From: a bacterium | Lineage (GTDB): Bacteria > DRYD01 | DNA length: 64,000 bases | Reading direction: 5' to 3' | Assembly (NCBI GenBank): GCA_039630415.1 | Contig: JBCNVB010000002.1 | Coordinates: 1 to 64,000, forward strand | In this document: positions 50,018-60,666 of the stretch, in pieces | How positions within the stretch are numbered: position 1 is the first letter of the stretch | How the letters are laid out: every line of letters begins with the position of its first letter | Notes under the pieces: model-generated | The model's input: the letters and a program-made list of their open reading frames with translations, nothing else | Database searches by the model: none | What the model was told of the DNA's origin: nothing | Program-made: the position numbers and the translations under genes

Positions 50018-51106
50018 GTGTTATACATAACTCCCCGAGCTTCTAACTCTCTTCTAAAACTTGTTAAAACACTTGAAAAACATCAGCTCCCTATCTGTGT
50101 ATATTTCCCAGCAAACATATGCTATACTTTCCCCCTTTCTTGCCTTTACTCAAACTCAACTATAAAACTATACGACATAAGCTACGAAACCTTATACCCA
50201 GATTACTCTTCCGTAAGATTAGAAGATTCTGACAGTAGATCAATTAAAATTTTTGTATGTGTAATACCTTATGGAAATTGGGATCTAAATCAAATCAAGG
50301 ATAATAGGCAAAAAATACGTCATTTGTTAGGTAAAGAAACCTTCATTGTTTGGGATTGTGCTCTGACTTTCCCTACTTACAACACTCTAAACTACATCTG
50401 CCAAATTCAAAATGAATATGAAAGCTTTGTTTTTAGCTTCTCCTATGCTAAACCCATAGAACTTGGATTTGGATCTGCTATTTTTACTAAACTAAACCTA
50501 CACTACAATCATCCTCTGAAAATAAATAGATTTCAAATATCTTATCTAGTAAACAAAGTAGACAAAAGATACAAAACTTACCTGAATTTATTCAAACTGG
50601 CACAAAAGAGATATTCGTTTTTATGCTATAACTCTGAACTAGATGAATCAGATTCAAAGCAAATTTATAGTATGATTGAGAAAATTGCATCTAATCAGGA
50701 TTTTGCCTTAACACTAAGAAAGCAAATAAAAATAACATATTTTGAACTTCTTGATAAAATTATCTCAAACAATCGGTTTTTTAAAGCTAATCTGGAAGGA
50801 TTAGGAATTGATTTCGTAGATAAATGTGATATTTCTTGGAGATTCAATATAAGAGTGCATGAAAGTATCAGAGATAGTTTGATAAAAAGGATTTTTCAAA
50901 ATGGAGGATATGTAAGTAGACTTTTCCCCTCTATATCTCACCTATTTAACAACAATTTCTTATACCCTAACTCTTCTAGACACTGGCAAAGAATAGTCAA
51001 TATATTCAATAATCAAGACAAAACTTACAATGACATAGTCTTTCAAACTATAAGGCAAACTATACAAGAAATACAAAATAAAGGAGTTTCGCAATCAATA
51101 AAATAA
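50018..51106 (+). CDS. Divergent DegT/DnrJ/EryC1/StrS PLP-dependent aminotransferase-like protein
   Basis: FPANICY, YDI..ETL, PYG, WDCA, FSFSYAKPIELGFG, WRFNI, RDSLIK. Confidence 0.6.
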   Translation: MLYITPRASNSLLKLVKTLEKHQLPICVYFPANICYTFPLSCLYSNSTIKLYDISYETLYPDYSSVRLEDSDSRSIKIFVCVIPYGNWDLNQIKDNRQKIRHLLGKETFIVWDCALTFPTYNTLNYICQIQNEYESFVFSFSYAKPIELGFGSAIFTKLNLHYNHPLKINRFQISYLVNKVDKRYKTYLNLFKLAQKRYSFLCYNSELDESDSKQIYSMIEKIASNQDFALTLRKQIKITYFELLDKIISNNRFFKANLEGLGIDFVDKCDISWRFNIRVHESIRDSLIKRIFQNGGYVSRLFPSISHLFNNNFLYPNSSRHWQRIVNIFNNQDKTYNDIVFQTIRQTIQEIQNKGVSQSIK

Positions 51107-51128
51107 AATACAATGGGGACTGAAACAT

Positions 51129-52328
51129 ATGACTAGAATAAATAGTCTTAATAATCTGGTGTATTCAACAAAAATACATGGATCTGTAAACTTAAGATCA
51201 GAAGTAGAATTTCCCAAAGATAAGATAATAAATGCACAGATTTTGGAAAAAAATGAAAAAGGTGAAGCAAAGTTAAAAATAGGGAAATATACGGTAAATG
51301 CTAAAATACCTCCTGATGTCTACCTCAGACCCGGCGATAGCTTTAAACTACAAGTGTTAGGCAAAGAAAAAGATGTATGGAATTTTAAATTTATATCAAT
51401 CAACCGTAGCTCAATATTTTACAAAATATCTCCCGAAGAAATTAACTCTCACTTGATTAGACATAAACTTCCAGTAGATGATAATTCTTCTGAGATTATT
51501 AAAGCACTTTTCAAGTATGGCTTGGAATTGAGCGTAGAAAATTACAGTGCACTCTTACCTTACTCTACGAGTGGATCGAAATTGTACTTGGAAGCTGCAG
51601 CTTTTCTAAAATCTATCAACATCCCTGTTAATCCCCAAAACGTAAAAATATTTTACGAATTTCTATCTAACAATTTGTTCTTAGCCAATATCTTGCTAAC
51701 GATCAACCAAAATTTGTCTTCCAACCCTTCAATTAATCCAATAATACAAGGCATAATACAAACTTTTGTTGCAAATATACTCAAAAATAACGATAAAAAT
51801 GCTCCCGAAAGAATAAGAAATATCAATGATATTAACTCCAAAAAGATCAACAAAATAATAAATTTTCTTGACAAAGAAATACCCAACTTACCTGATAGTA
51901 ATCTCAAAAAAAATCTAGAAAAACTTTTAGATATTATGAAAGCCATAAAAATAATTAATGAATCACTTCAAGAAGAGAGGACTTACTTTAATGTGGTACC
52001 TGCTATAATAAACGGCTACCCTACAACTGTGGAAATAAAGATATTCTATTACGTAGACAAAGAAACAAAGAAAGTAGAAAAAGATAGATTTGGTTTTGAA
52101 ATTACAGTCAATGCCCCCAGAATAGGACCGGTAACTATTTCAGCTTCGGTAGTCCAAAATAATGTCTCAACACACATAAAAAAATCAACCTTACCTGAAG
52201 AAATTTTTATGGAAAACAAACAAATTCTCGAAAATCTACTCAAAGAAAAAGGGTATAAACTTGGAAATATGATTGTAAAATACGTTTCAGAAATAAATTT
52301 GGAAGAGGGTGTTAATGTTATAGCGTAG
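51129..52328 (+). CDS. FliK-like protein with N-terminal beta-barrel
   Basis: VNAKIP...LRPGDSFKLQV; C-terminal VNAPRIGPVTISA...QILENLLKEKGY. Confidence 0.55.
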   Translation: MTRINSLNNLVYSTKIHGSVNLRSEVEFPKDKIINAQILEKNEKGEAKLKIGKYTVNAKIPPDVYLRPGDSFKLQVLGKEKDVWNFKFISINRSSIFYKISPEEINSHLIRHKLPVDDNSSEIIKALFKYGLELSVENYSALLPYSTSGSKLYLEAAAFLKSINIPVNPQNVKIFYEFLSNNLFLANILLTINQNLSSNPSINPIIQGIIQTFVANILKNNDKNAPERIRNINDINSKKINKIINFLDKEIPNLPDSNLKKNLEKLLDIMKAIKIINESLQEERTYFNVVPAIINGYPTTVEIKIFYYVDKETKKVEKDRFGFEITVNAPRIGPVTISASVVQNNVSTHIKKSTLPEEIFMENKQILENLLKEKGYKLGNMIVKYVSEINLEEGVNVIA

Positions 52329-52416
52329 TAATATTTGCAGGTAGCTTTCAAAAAGGTAAGAATAAATAACATGTGGGTAAGGTAGGATTAAAAAATCGGC
52401 TGCATAACCTTTTAAA

Positions 52417-52489
52417 GGGCGGATAGCTCAGCGGTTAGAGCGCCTGTTTCACAAGCAGGAGGTCATAGGTTCAACTCCTATTCCGCCCA
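52417..52489 (+). tRNA. tRNA-Val (CAC)
   Basis: GGGCGGA/TCCGCCC acceptor, CCTGT-TTCACAA-GCAGG anticodon arm, GGTTCAACTCC; followed by CTA, not CCA. Confidence 0.96.
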
Positions 52490-52514
52490 CTAACGCAAAA
52501 AAGGAGGCCCCAAA

Positions 52515-53162
52515 ATGAAAGAACTATCCATAATAAAAAATACACTAGTACCCATCGTAGTCGAACAAACCCCAAGAGGAGAAAGATCATACGATATATA
52601 CTCACGCCTCCTAAAAGAAAGAATAATATTCCTAGGAGATGCAATAGAAGACCACATAGCTAACCTAATAATAGCACAACTTCTATTTTTAGAAAAAGAA
52701 GATCCTGACAAGGACATAGACCTGTATATCAACAGTCCAGGTGGAAGCATATCCGCTGCATTAGCCATATACGACACGATGAGGGTAATCAAACCTGATG
52801 TATCAACTATATGTGTTGGTATGGCAGCGAGTGCAGCAGCAGTGCTTCTTGCTGGCGGAGCAAAAGGTAAAAGATTTGCCCTGCCTTACTCCAGAATAAT
52901 GATACACCAACCATGGGTAAAAGGCATCGGAGGACAAGCTACAGACATCGAAATACACGCTAAAGAAATATCTAGACTAAAAAAAATCATAAACGAAATC
53001 CTGGCTAATCATACCAACCAACCACTAGAAAAAATAGAAAAAGATACCGACAGAGACTACTACATGTCAGCTCAAGAAGCTAAAGAATACGGAATAATAG
53101 ACGAAATAATCACTCCAGAAAACAGGAATGTTAATCCCCTAAGCCCAGACAACATAAGATGA
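52515..53162 (+). CDS. clpP: ATP-dependent Clp protease proteolytic subunit
   Basis: [48 protein letters not shown]. Confidence 0.97.
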   Translation: MKELSIIKNTLVPIVVEQTPRGERSYDIYSRLLKERIIFLGDAIEDHIANLIIAQLLFLEKEDPDKDIDLYINSPGGSISAALAIYDTMRVIKPDVSTICVGMAASAAAVLLAGGAKGKRFALPYSRIMIHQPWVKGIGGQATDIEIHAKEISRLKKIINEILANHTNQPLEKIEKDTDRDYYMSAQEAKEYGIIDEIITPENRNVNPLSPDNIR

Positions 53163-54343
53163 TTACCCAAACTCACGAATTCCAAAAAGAATATCAAGAA
53201 TTTCTAGAAGAAGTATACAATAATTTGACAGAGTTACAGGTACCACAAAAAGCTACGATAGCAGTAGGTCTAAGCGGAGGAGTTGATTCCGCCTCTACAT
53301 TGGCAATACTAAGAGAACTGGGATACAACACGATAGCGGTAACAATGAAAATCTGGAATCCCAAATACGAGCATTTAATTACTACCAATGGTAAACTACA
53401 CGGTTGCTTCGGACCTGAAGAAATACAAGATATTCAAGACATAAAACTTATTACCCAAAAACTAAAAACTCCTCTTTACGTAATAGACCTTTCGGAAGAA
53501 TACGACCAAACAATACTTTCGTACTTTAAGAGGGAGTATCTATTAGGCAGAACACCAAACCCATGTGTAATGTGCAACTGGAAAATGAAATTTGAATACC
53601 TACTAGAAGGACTTAAACAACTCAAAGTTGAATTTGATTACTTTGCAACCGGACACTACGTAAAAAGAACTATCTTCCAAAATTACCATACACTTTCCAA
53701 AGCAAAATATATTCAAAAAGACCAAACTTACTACCTATCTTTCCTAAACCAAAACCACATAAAAAAATCAATTTTCCCCCTGGGATTAATAAAATCAAAA
53801 GATCTAACTCGTCAAATAGCTCAAAAATACGACTTACCTGTATATAACAAACCCGATAGTCAAAACTTCATATCCACTAAATACATAGAAATTTTCAAGG
53901 GAGTAGAGATAAAAGACGGCATAATACAACACAAAAATGGGAAAATACTAGGCAAACACAAAGGTATACATCTTTACACGATAGGACAAAGAAAGGGACT
54001 AAACATATCATACCCAAACCCACTATACGTAATAAACATAGACTCACAAACCAACACCATAACAGTTGGTGAAAAAGAGGATTTGTATCAAAGTAAACTA
54101 ATAGCCAAAAACCCCAACTGGATAGTACCTTTTCAAGAACTACCACCGAATACTCAGATTCTAGGAAAAATAAGATACACTCATCAAGAAAACCCATGTT
54201 CTGTAAAACTGAATTCTGGCAATACCCTAGAAGTAGAATTTACCGAAAAGCAAATGGCAATAACTCCGGGCCAAATAATCGCTTTCTATGTTGACCAAAC
54301 CCTAATAGGATCAGCTATTATCGAAAAAATAATACTCTCATGA
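53159..54343 (+). CDS. mnmA: tRNA 2-thiouridylase
   Basis: [41 protein letters not shown]. Confidence 0.95.
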   Translation: MITQTHEFQKEYQEFLEEVYNNLTELQVPQKATIAVGLSGGVDSASTLAILRELGYNTIAVTMKIWNPKYEHLITTNGKLHGCFGPEEIQDIQDIKLITQKLKTPLYVIDLSEEYDQTILSYFKREYLLGRTPNPCVMCNWKMKFEYLLEGLKQLKVEFDYFATGHYVKRTIFQNYHTLSKAKYIQKDQTYYLSFLNQNHIKKSIFPLGLIKSKDLTRQIAQKYDLPVYNKPDSQNFISTKYIEIFKGVEIKDGIIQHKNGKILGKHKGIHLYTIGQRKGLNISYPNPLYVINIDSQTNTITVGEKEDLYQSKLIAKNPNWIVPFQELPPNTQILGKIRYTHQENPCSVKLNSGNTLEVEFTEKQMAITPGQIIAFYVDQTLIGSAIIEKIILS

Positions 54344-54356
54344 AAAGGGATCAAAT

Positions 54357-55490
54357 ATGCACATGGAAACTGCTGTAATTCACCTGAAAGAAAAAGCTTA
54401 CTTTGATAACCCCGAAGGAGATATAGTAAAACCTATTCATCTAACAACTACTTACTACATAAAACAGATAGAGCAGGAAAACCAAACAGATAGGCTATAC
54501 CAAAGATATGACAACCAAACTAGAGAAGCGGTAGAAGAGAAGTTAGCTTACATAGAAAAAACAAAGTATTGTTTGGCTTTTGCAAGTGGAATGGCAGCTA
54601 TCTCTACTGTTCTTTTTTCAACCACCAAACCCAATGACCAAATAACCGCTTTTGATGACCTATACTCCGTAACCAAAAAGGTCTTTAACTCAATATTACC
54701 AGCTTATAACATCAAAGTAAACTATGTAGACTTAACACGAATAGATTCAGAAACAATAAAAACCTTAGCTGTCAGCTCTAAAGTTCTTTGGTTAGAGTCA
54801 CCAACTAACCCTCTAATGAAAACAATAAACGTACAAAAAATAGTAGAAGAATTCAAATCAGCAAACCCGCAGATAATAGTGGTATTTGACAATACATTCT
54901 TAACCCCTTACTTTTATAATCCTGTAGAAGACGGGGTAGATATAGTTGTTCACAGTGCTACCAAATATTTAAATGGTCATAGTGATTGTCTTGCTGGAGC
55001 TGTAATGCTAAACGATCAGAGTTTGTACGAGCAAATCAAATTCTATAGAGACACGCTCGGTAATCCACTACCACCATTCGAAAGCTACCTTCTTCTAAGA
55101 GGATTAAAAACTTTACACGTAAGAATGGAGAAACATCAACAAAACTGCCTAAAACTAATAGAATATCTCAAAACCAAAGATTTCGTGCAAAAAATTTTGT
55201 ATCCTTCACTTTATGGTAATCTGAGTAAAAACGTAAGAGGATATGGAGGAACGCTAAGCTTTTTGGTAAGCTTTTCAACGGACCAAATCCAAAAGTTTCT
55301 ATCTAGTTTGAAAATAATAAACCATGCGGTAAGTCTTGGAGGAGTAGAATCTCTTATATGCGTACCTTACTACTCAACTCACAAGGATATACCCAACATT
55401 CCGCCTAACCTTATAAGGCTATCTGTGGGAATAGAAAATGTGGAAGATATAATCCAGGACCTAGAACAAGCATTTTCAAAGGTAACATAG
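54357..55490 (+). CDS. Trans-sulfuration PLP enzyme (cystathionine gamma-synthase/lyase family)
   Basis: FASGMAAI, ESPTNP, DNTF.TP, HSATKYLNGHSD, SLGGVESL, IRLSVGIE. Confidence 0.93.
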   Translation: MHMETAVIHLKEKAYFDNPEGDIVKPIHLTTTYYIKQIEQENQTDRLYQRYDNQTREAVEEKLAYIEKTKYCLAFASGMAAISTVLFSTTKPNDQITAFDDLYSVTKKVFNSILPAYNIKVNYVDLTRIDSETIKTLAVSSKVLWLESPTNPLMKTINVQKIVEEFKSANPQIIVVFDNTFLTPYFYNPVEDGVDIVVHSATKYLNGHSDCLAGAVMLNDQSLYEQIKFYRDTLGNPLPPFESYLLLRGLKTLHVRMEKHQQNCLKLIEYLKTKDFVQKILYPSLYGNLSKNVRGYGGTLSFLVSFSTDQIQKFLSSLKIINHAVSLGGVESLICVPYYSTHKDIPNIPPNLIRLSVGIENVEDIIQDLEQAFSKVT

Positions 55491-55499
55491 CACAATCTT

Positions 55500-56612
55500 A
55501 TGATAATTGGGGTTTTAAAGGAGTACCAGGATAATAGAGTTTCTCTAACACCTCAGGAAGTAAAACAGCTGAGGCAAAGGGAAATAGAAGTTTGGATAGA
55601 GGAAAATGCGGGGATACAAGCGGGTTTTGATAACGAAGAATATTTACAATCAGGAGCGCAAATAAAGCAAAGAGATCAAATTTTACAAGCTGATATAATC
55701 CTATCCATTAACCGCTTCCCAGAATTACAAAACTTCCAGTTTAAAGAAAATCAATGGATAATGGGTTTGTATAATCCGTATGATCAGGATTTGATAAGGG
55801 TGGTAATGGAAAAGGGGTTGAACTATGTAGCACTGGAGTTGATTCCGAGGATATCGAGGGCTCAGTCAATGGATGTTTTATCTTCAATGGCAACGGTTGC
55901 AGGCTACAAGGCTGTAGTACTAGCCGCCTCTTATACGAATAAAATGTTTCCAATGTTGACTACTGCAGGTGGAACGATAACTCCTGCGAAGGTATTAGTT
56001 ATAGGAGCGGGTGTAGCAGGTTTGCAAGCCCTTGCAACCGCTAAAAGACTCGGAGCAATGGTATGGGTTTTCGACCCACGCCCCGCCACTAAAGAACAAG
56101 TCAAAAGTCTAGGAGGTAACTACATAGAATTCACCATAAACCAACCCGTAGAAACCAAAGAAGGATACGCTAAAGAACTATCTGAAGAGATACTAGAACA
56201 AGAACGACAAATCCTGAAACCATATATCATTCAAAGTAACATAGTAATAACAACTGCATCAGTACCCGGTAAAAAACCACCTCTTCTAATAACCACTCAA
56301 ACTGTAAAAGAAATGAAGAGCGGATCGGTAATAGTTGATATAACCGGCTACAACTGTCAGCTAACTCAACTTAACCAAATAGTTCACTTTGAAAACAAAA
56401 CAATAATAGGTTACACGAATTTACCATCACTTGTCGCCCATGATTCTTCCAAACTATACTCACGAAATATTTTCAATCTCATACTACACCTATCAAAAAA
56501 CACCAATCAACTCAATCCGAATTTCGAGGATGAAATAGATAAGAATGTGATTGCGGTTTATCAAAACAAGTTGGTAAGCCCCAAAATAAAACGAGAAAAT
56601 GGAGATAACTAA
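55500..56612 (+). CDS. pntA: NAD(P) transhydrogenase alpha subunit part 1 (domain I)
   Basis: PRISRAQSMDVLSSMA, GAGVAGLQA, EGYAKE. Confidence 0.93.
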   Translation: MIIGVLKEYQDNRVSLTPQEVKQLRQREIEVWIEENAGIQAGFDNEEYLQSGAQIKQRDQILQADIILSINRFPELQNFQFKENQWIMGLYNPYDQDLIRVVMEKGLNYVALELIPRISRAQSMDVLSSMATVAGYKAVVLAASYTNKMFPMLTTAGGTITPAKVLVIGAGVAGLQALATAKRLGAMVWVFDPRPATKEQVKSLGGNYIEFTINQPVETKEGYAKELSEEILEQERQILKPYIIQSNIVITTASVPGKKPPLLITTQTVKEMKSGSVIVDITGYNCQLTQLNQIVHFENKTIIGYTNLPSLVAHDSSKLYSRNIFNLILHLSKNTNQLNPNFEDEIDKNVIAVYQNKLVSPKIKRENGDN

Positions 56613-56874
56613 TAGCTACATATTCATATTGGCAATAATTCTTGGTTTTGAGTTAATAAGTAAGGTTCCGAGCTTACTTCATACTCCTCTTATGTCTGCT
56701 ACCAACGCTATACACGGTATAGTAATAGTTGGTGCTATATCAGTAGCGTTAGAAAGTCATGATCCAATTTTGCAAATTCTGAGTTTTATAGCAGTATTTG
56801 TGGGAACGCTAAACGTAGTAGGTGGATATGCAGTAACACATCGTATGCTACTAAAGTTCAAGAAGAACGAATAA
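56599..56874 (+). CDS. pntA: NAD(P) transhydrogenase alpha subunit part 2
   Basis: LHTPLMSATNAIHG, NVVGGYAVTHRML. Confidence 0.93.
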   Translation: MEITNSYIFILAIILGFELISKVPSLLHTPLMSATNAIHGIVIVGAISVALESHDPILQILSFIAVFVGTLNVVGGYAVTHRMLLKFKKNE

Positions 56875-56884
56875 AGCAAAAAGG

Positions 56885-58267
56885 GTGCATGATATGGAAT
56901 TGACTCCCCAGACAATAAGAGAAATAGGATATCTAATAAGCGCGCTTCTTTTTATACTCGGAATAAAGCTAATAAGTAATCCCAAAACGGCTATAAGAGG
57001 AAATATAGTATCCCTTGTAGGGATGGTTATTGCCATCCTTAGCACATTCCTAAATCCAACGGCGAAATTGAGTAATCTTTGGTTTATAATGTTAGCAATA
57101 ATTGCTGGTACATACGTGGGAATAGTTGCATCAAATAGGGTAAAATTTACGGAGATGCCTCAAATGGTGTCGCTTTTCAATGGTATGGGTGGACTGACAA
57201 TATCTTTCATAGCGGTGATAGAGTTTTTGTCCAAAGCGGGTTATGATAAATGGTTCATAGTTAGTGCGGGATTCAGTGGAATGATAGGAGCTATATCTTT
57301 TGTAGGAAGTATGCTCGCTATGCTTAAACTATGGGGAATACTGGATAAACCTATTAGATCTAAATTGCTTACAACTCTTAACTTAGCGTTGCTTATGACT
57401 TTGTTAGTAGTTTACGTGTTGTTGGTAATGTTTCCATCGCCCTACAGTTTGATAATTTTGTTTGTATTGGGTGGTGTTATAGGGTTTAGTGGGGTTTTAC
57501 CAATAGGTGGAGCTGATATGCCGGTAGTTATATCGATTTTAAATACTTTTACGGGATTAGCTGCCTCCATAGCAGGATTTGCTATAAATAACAATGCGAT
57601 GATAGTAGCAGGTACTTTGGTTGGTGCCTCAGGGACTATTCTAACTATTCTCATGGCAAAAGCTATGAATAGATCTATAGTGTCTATAGTTGTCGGAGGG
57701 TTTGGAATACCACAATCTACGCAAACCAAGAAAGCTAGCGTGCAACAAATATCCATTGAAGATGCGGCCATTTTGCTGTCATATTCTAAGAAAGTGATAA
57801 TAGTACCTGGTTATGGGATGGCTGTATCTGGAGCACAAAACGAACTACATGAGCTAGAGCAATTGCTGGAAAGTAAAGGTGTGGAGGTTAAGTATGCCAT
57901 ACACCCTGTAGCTGGAAGAATGCCGGGACATATGAATGTATTGCTAGCTGAAGCAAACGTTGAGTACTCTAAACTCTATGAAATGGAGGAGATAAATCCT
58001 GAGTTTAAGAACACTGATGTGGTGTTAGTAGTTGGTGCCAATGATATAGTTAATCCTGCGGCAAAAAATAATCCGAATAGTCCTCTATATGGTATGCCTA
58101 TTTTGGAAGTGGATCAGGCTCAAAATATAATATTTATGAAAAGAAGTCTCAATCCCGGTTTTGCAGGAGTAGACAATGAATTATTTTTCAACCCCAAAAC
58201 AAAGATGCTTTTTGGTGATGCTAAACAGACTCTTAAACAACTCATATCTTCCGTAAAAAGTCTATAG
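56885..58267 (+). CDS. pntB: NAD(P) transhydrogenase beta subunit (start may be ATG 56894)
   Basis: MPQMVSLFNG, IGGADMPVVIS, VPGYGMAV, HPVAGRMPGHMNVLLAEA. Confidence 0.95.
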   Translation: MHDMELTPQTIREIGYLISALLFILGIKLISNPKTAIRGNIVSLVGMVIAILSTFLNPTAKLSNLWFIMLAIIAGTYVGIVASNRVKFTEMPQMVSLFNGMGGLTISFIAVIEFLSKAGYDKWFIVSAGFSGMIGAISFVGSMLAMLKLWGILDKPIRSKLLTTLNLALLMTLLVVYVLLVMFPSPYSLIILFVLGGVIGFSGVLPIGGADMPVVISILNTFTGLAASIAGFAINNNAMIVAGTLVGASGTILTILMAKAMNRSIVSIVVGGFGIPQSTQTKKASVQQISIEDAAILLSYSKKVIIVPGYGMAVSGAQNELHELEQLLESKGVEVKYAIHPVAGRMPGHMNVLLAEANVEYSKLYEMEEINPEFKNTDVVLVVGANDIVNPAAKNNPNSPLYGMPILEVDQAQNIIFMKRSLNPGFAGVDNELFFNPKTKMLFGDAKQTLKQLISSVKSL

Positions 58268-58311
58268 ATTTACTTACCCTCTCTGAATACCCATTGCGGA
58301 AGTGAGAATTT

Positions 58312-60192
58312 CTATCCTCTTTCAAACATTTTATCAATATCTTCGAAAGTTAGTTTTATCATGACGTTTCGTCCATGGGGACAAAAGTAAGGGTTAACAT
58401 TTGTAACTGACAGTAAATCGTTAAAGAGACTAAGTATTTCTGGTTCAGATAGTTTGTCTCCCTTTTTAATAGCCGTTTTGCATGCGAAAGTAGCTAGATA
58501 CTCTTTTACTGCGTCTTCACTATCGATGATGCTATCTTCGAATTTTTCAAACAAGTACCTAACTCCTTCCGTCAAATCACCTTTAATAATTACGGGATGT
58601 GAGGTTATAACTAGAAATTTTCCTTGAAGCTCACATCTAAACCCTATTTTATTCAGCAGTTCAATAAATGTATCGATTTTTTCTTTATCAAAACCACTTA
58701 TTTCTATTTTTAGGGGTATAAGCAGGTTTTGAGAGATTAAACCTCTACCGGAGAAATAACTCTCTAGCAACCTAGAGTAAATAACCCTTTCAGAAGCATT
58801 GTGCTGATCAACTATGTAGAAACTATTGTCATAGTGGATTAGAAAATAGCAGTTATTCCAATAGTAGAGTAGGACTGGATTTGGGGGTATTTCGGTGGTT
58901 TGTGTGGTTTTATTGAAAACCTTTTCTTGTAAAACTTTGGGTTGGCTTTCTAGAGTCTTAGCTTGATTAAGAGATGGTATATTTTTTTCAATTTTTGATT
59001 CAGTTTTTGGTTCTAGTTTTAGTTCTAGTTTTGATTCCACTTGGGTTGTGTTGGTTGTTATTGAAGGAGAGGATAGGGATTGAAGTTTTTCTTCTACTTT
59101 TTGTGCTATTAGGTTGATTGTTTTGTACCAGCTTTCTGTTTTTGTAGTTTCGGTTTTGGTTTTTTGTGAATCCTCGAAATCTATTAAAGGTTTTGAGATT
59201 AGGTTGTTATTTATGAAGTTTTTTATGGCTTTTTGAAGGAGATTTTTGACAAGTAGTGGTTTAAGGAATCTGATTTCTGTTTTTCTAGGGTGGATATTAG
59301 AGTCTACTTCGTTTGGGGGACAATCTATGCAAATAACGCCTTCTATTTTTCCTCTTTCTCCTAAAACTTCCTTAAAACTACCAACTATTACTTTGTCTAT
59401 GTCATTCATAAAAACTATTCTTTTGTTAACATACACGAAGAAGTTATTTTGTGAGTAAACTTTTTGGTCGTACTTGTATTCTGGGCACAGGGCTAGTGTG
59501 ACTTTGTATTTATCTATTTCTGTGGTTTCGATTACAATTTCTTTAGACCCGAGTAATTGTTTTATTCTGGCTTGCAGGGTAGAAGGTATCAGGTTGTATT
59601 TTAGTTGATCGTCTATGTGTAAAGTGAACATTGTTTCGTTATTTATGAGTGCGAAGTATTTGAAAGTATTTATAAGGTTGGATAATTCGTTTTTTTCGGC
59701 GGATAGGAATTTTTTTCTGACGGGGGTGTTAAAGAATAGGTTTAGGACTTTAATATCTGTACCGCTAGGATAACTAAAGTTGGTTTCTTCAATTTTTTCA
59801 ATGTTACCTTCGTTAGATATGAGCATGTAAGCTTGGGGTTGATCTAGGGGTTTTGATATGATTTGAAGTAAGGAGATTCTGGATATAGCAAATAGAGCTT
59901 CTCCTCTAAATCCGAAGGTTTGGATATTTAGTAAGTCTTTTTCGTTTTCGATTTTGCTGGTTGCGTATCTTTGGATAACTAGTGGTAGATCGTCTTTGTA
60001 TATACCTGATCCGTTGTCTCTAACTTCGATAAGTTTAAGCCCATTACCGATTATTCTGACGTTGATGATAGTAGCTTTTGCATCGAGTGAATTTTCGATA
60101 AGTTCTTTTAATGCGTTAGAAGGTTTTTCAATAACTTCTCCTGCTGCTATCTTGGAAAATACTTCTTCCGGGAGTAACTTTATCTTACCCAT
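58312..60192 (-). CDS. mutL: DNA mismatch repair endonuclease MutL
   Basis: IAAGEVIE, ELIENSLDA, FGFRGEAL, DQHNASER, ACK.AIK, CPHGR. Confidence 0.95.
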   Translation of the reverse strand: MGKIKLLPEEVFSKIAAGEVIEKPSNALKELIENSLDAKATIINVRIIGNGLKLIEVRDNGSGIYKDDLPLVIQRYATSKIENEKDLLNIQTFGFRGEALFAISRISLLQIISKPLDQPQAYMLISNEGNIEKIEETNFSYPSGTDIKVLNLFFNTPVRKKFLSAEKNELSNLINTFKYFALINNETMFTLHIDDQLKYNLIPSTLQARIKQLLGSKEIVIETTEIDKYKVTLALCPEYKYDQKVYSQNNFFVYVNKRIVFMNDIDKVIVGSFKEVLGERGKIEGVICIDCPPNEVDSNIHPRKTEIRFLKPLLVKNLLQKAIKNFINNNLISKPLIDFEDSQKTKTETTKTESWYKTINLIAQKVEEKLQSLSSPSITTNTTQVESKLELKLEPKTESKIEKNIPSLNQAKTLESQPKVLQEKVFNKTTQTTEIPPNPVLLYYWNNCYFLIHYDNSFYIVDQHNASERVIYSRLLESYFSGRGLISQNLLIPLKIEISGFDKEKIDTFIELLNKIGFRCELQGKFLVITSHPVIIKGDLTEGVRYLFEKFEDSIIDSEDAVKEYLATFACKTAIKKGDKLSEPEILSLFNDLLSVTNVNPYFCPHGRNVMIKLTFEDIDKMFERG

Positions 60193-60285
60193 TACTTTTA
60201 ATTTCTACTTTTGTACTGCATGTAACCTGCAAAGAAAAATGCAGATTATACAAAAATTTTAAGGAAGGTTAGATAAAGAGAGATA

Positions 60286-60666
60286 TTGAATAAAATAAAC
60301 ATGCAGTTATCTAGTCCGGATGATGCAATAAATAGGCAAGAGTATATGGAAATGAAGATATATGACTTTTTCTCAGCTTTTAACAAGATGGCTGAGAAAG
60401 TCAATGCACAAGTAATTTTGACTCATTTTGTAATGACAATATCAAAGAGCGTAAGGCAAATAAGATGTACTTACTATAATGTTGAGAAAAAGATACTTGG
60501 CAGGACGATGATAGGGTATATGGAAGTTTATTTTGGTGGGATGCATATTAGGGTTTTCCTTTCTGAAGACTATGAATGGCTCATAAACATAGAAAACCGG
60601 ATGCTCAAAAAATTCACTAATCAAGAGATCGAGTACATTTTCTACAAAACGTTTGGATACGTCTAG
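60286..60666 (+). CDS. Hypothetical protein
   Basis: 126-aa ORF filling the mutL-ligA gap; start uncertain. Confidence 0.55.
   Translation: MNKINMQLSSPDDAINRQEYMEMKIYDFFSAFNKMAEKVNAQVILTHFVMTISKSVRQIRCTYYNVEKKILGRTMIGYMEVYFGGMHIRVFLSEDYEWLINIENRMLKKFTNQEIEYIFYKTFGYV

Noticed and set aside
58980..59170. Short repeats in mutL (ESKLELKLEPKTESK, TKTETTKTE)
   Set aside because: Ordinary low-complexity linker between the MutL N- and C-terminal domains
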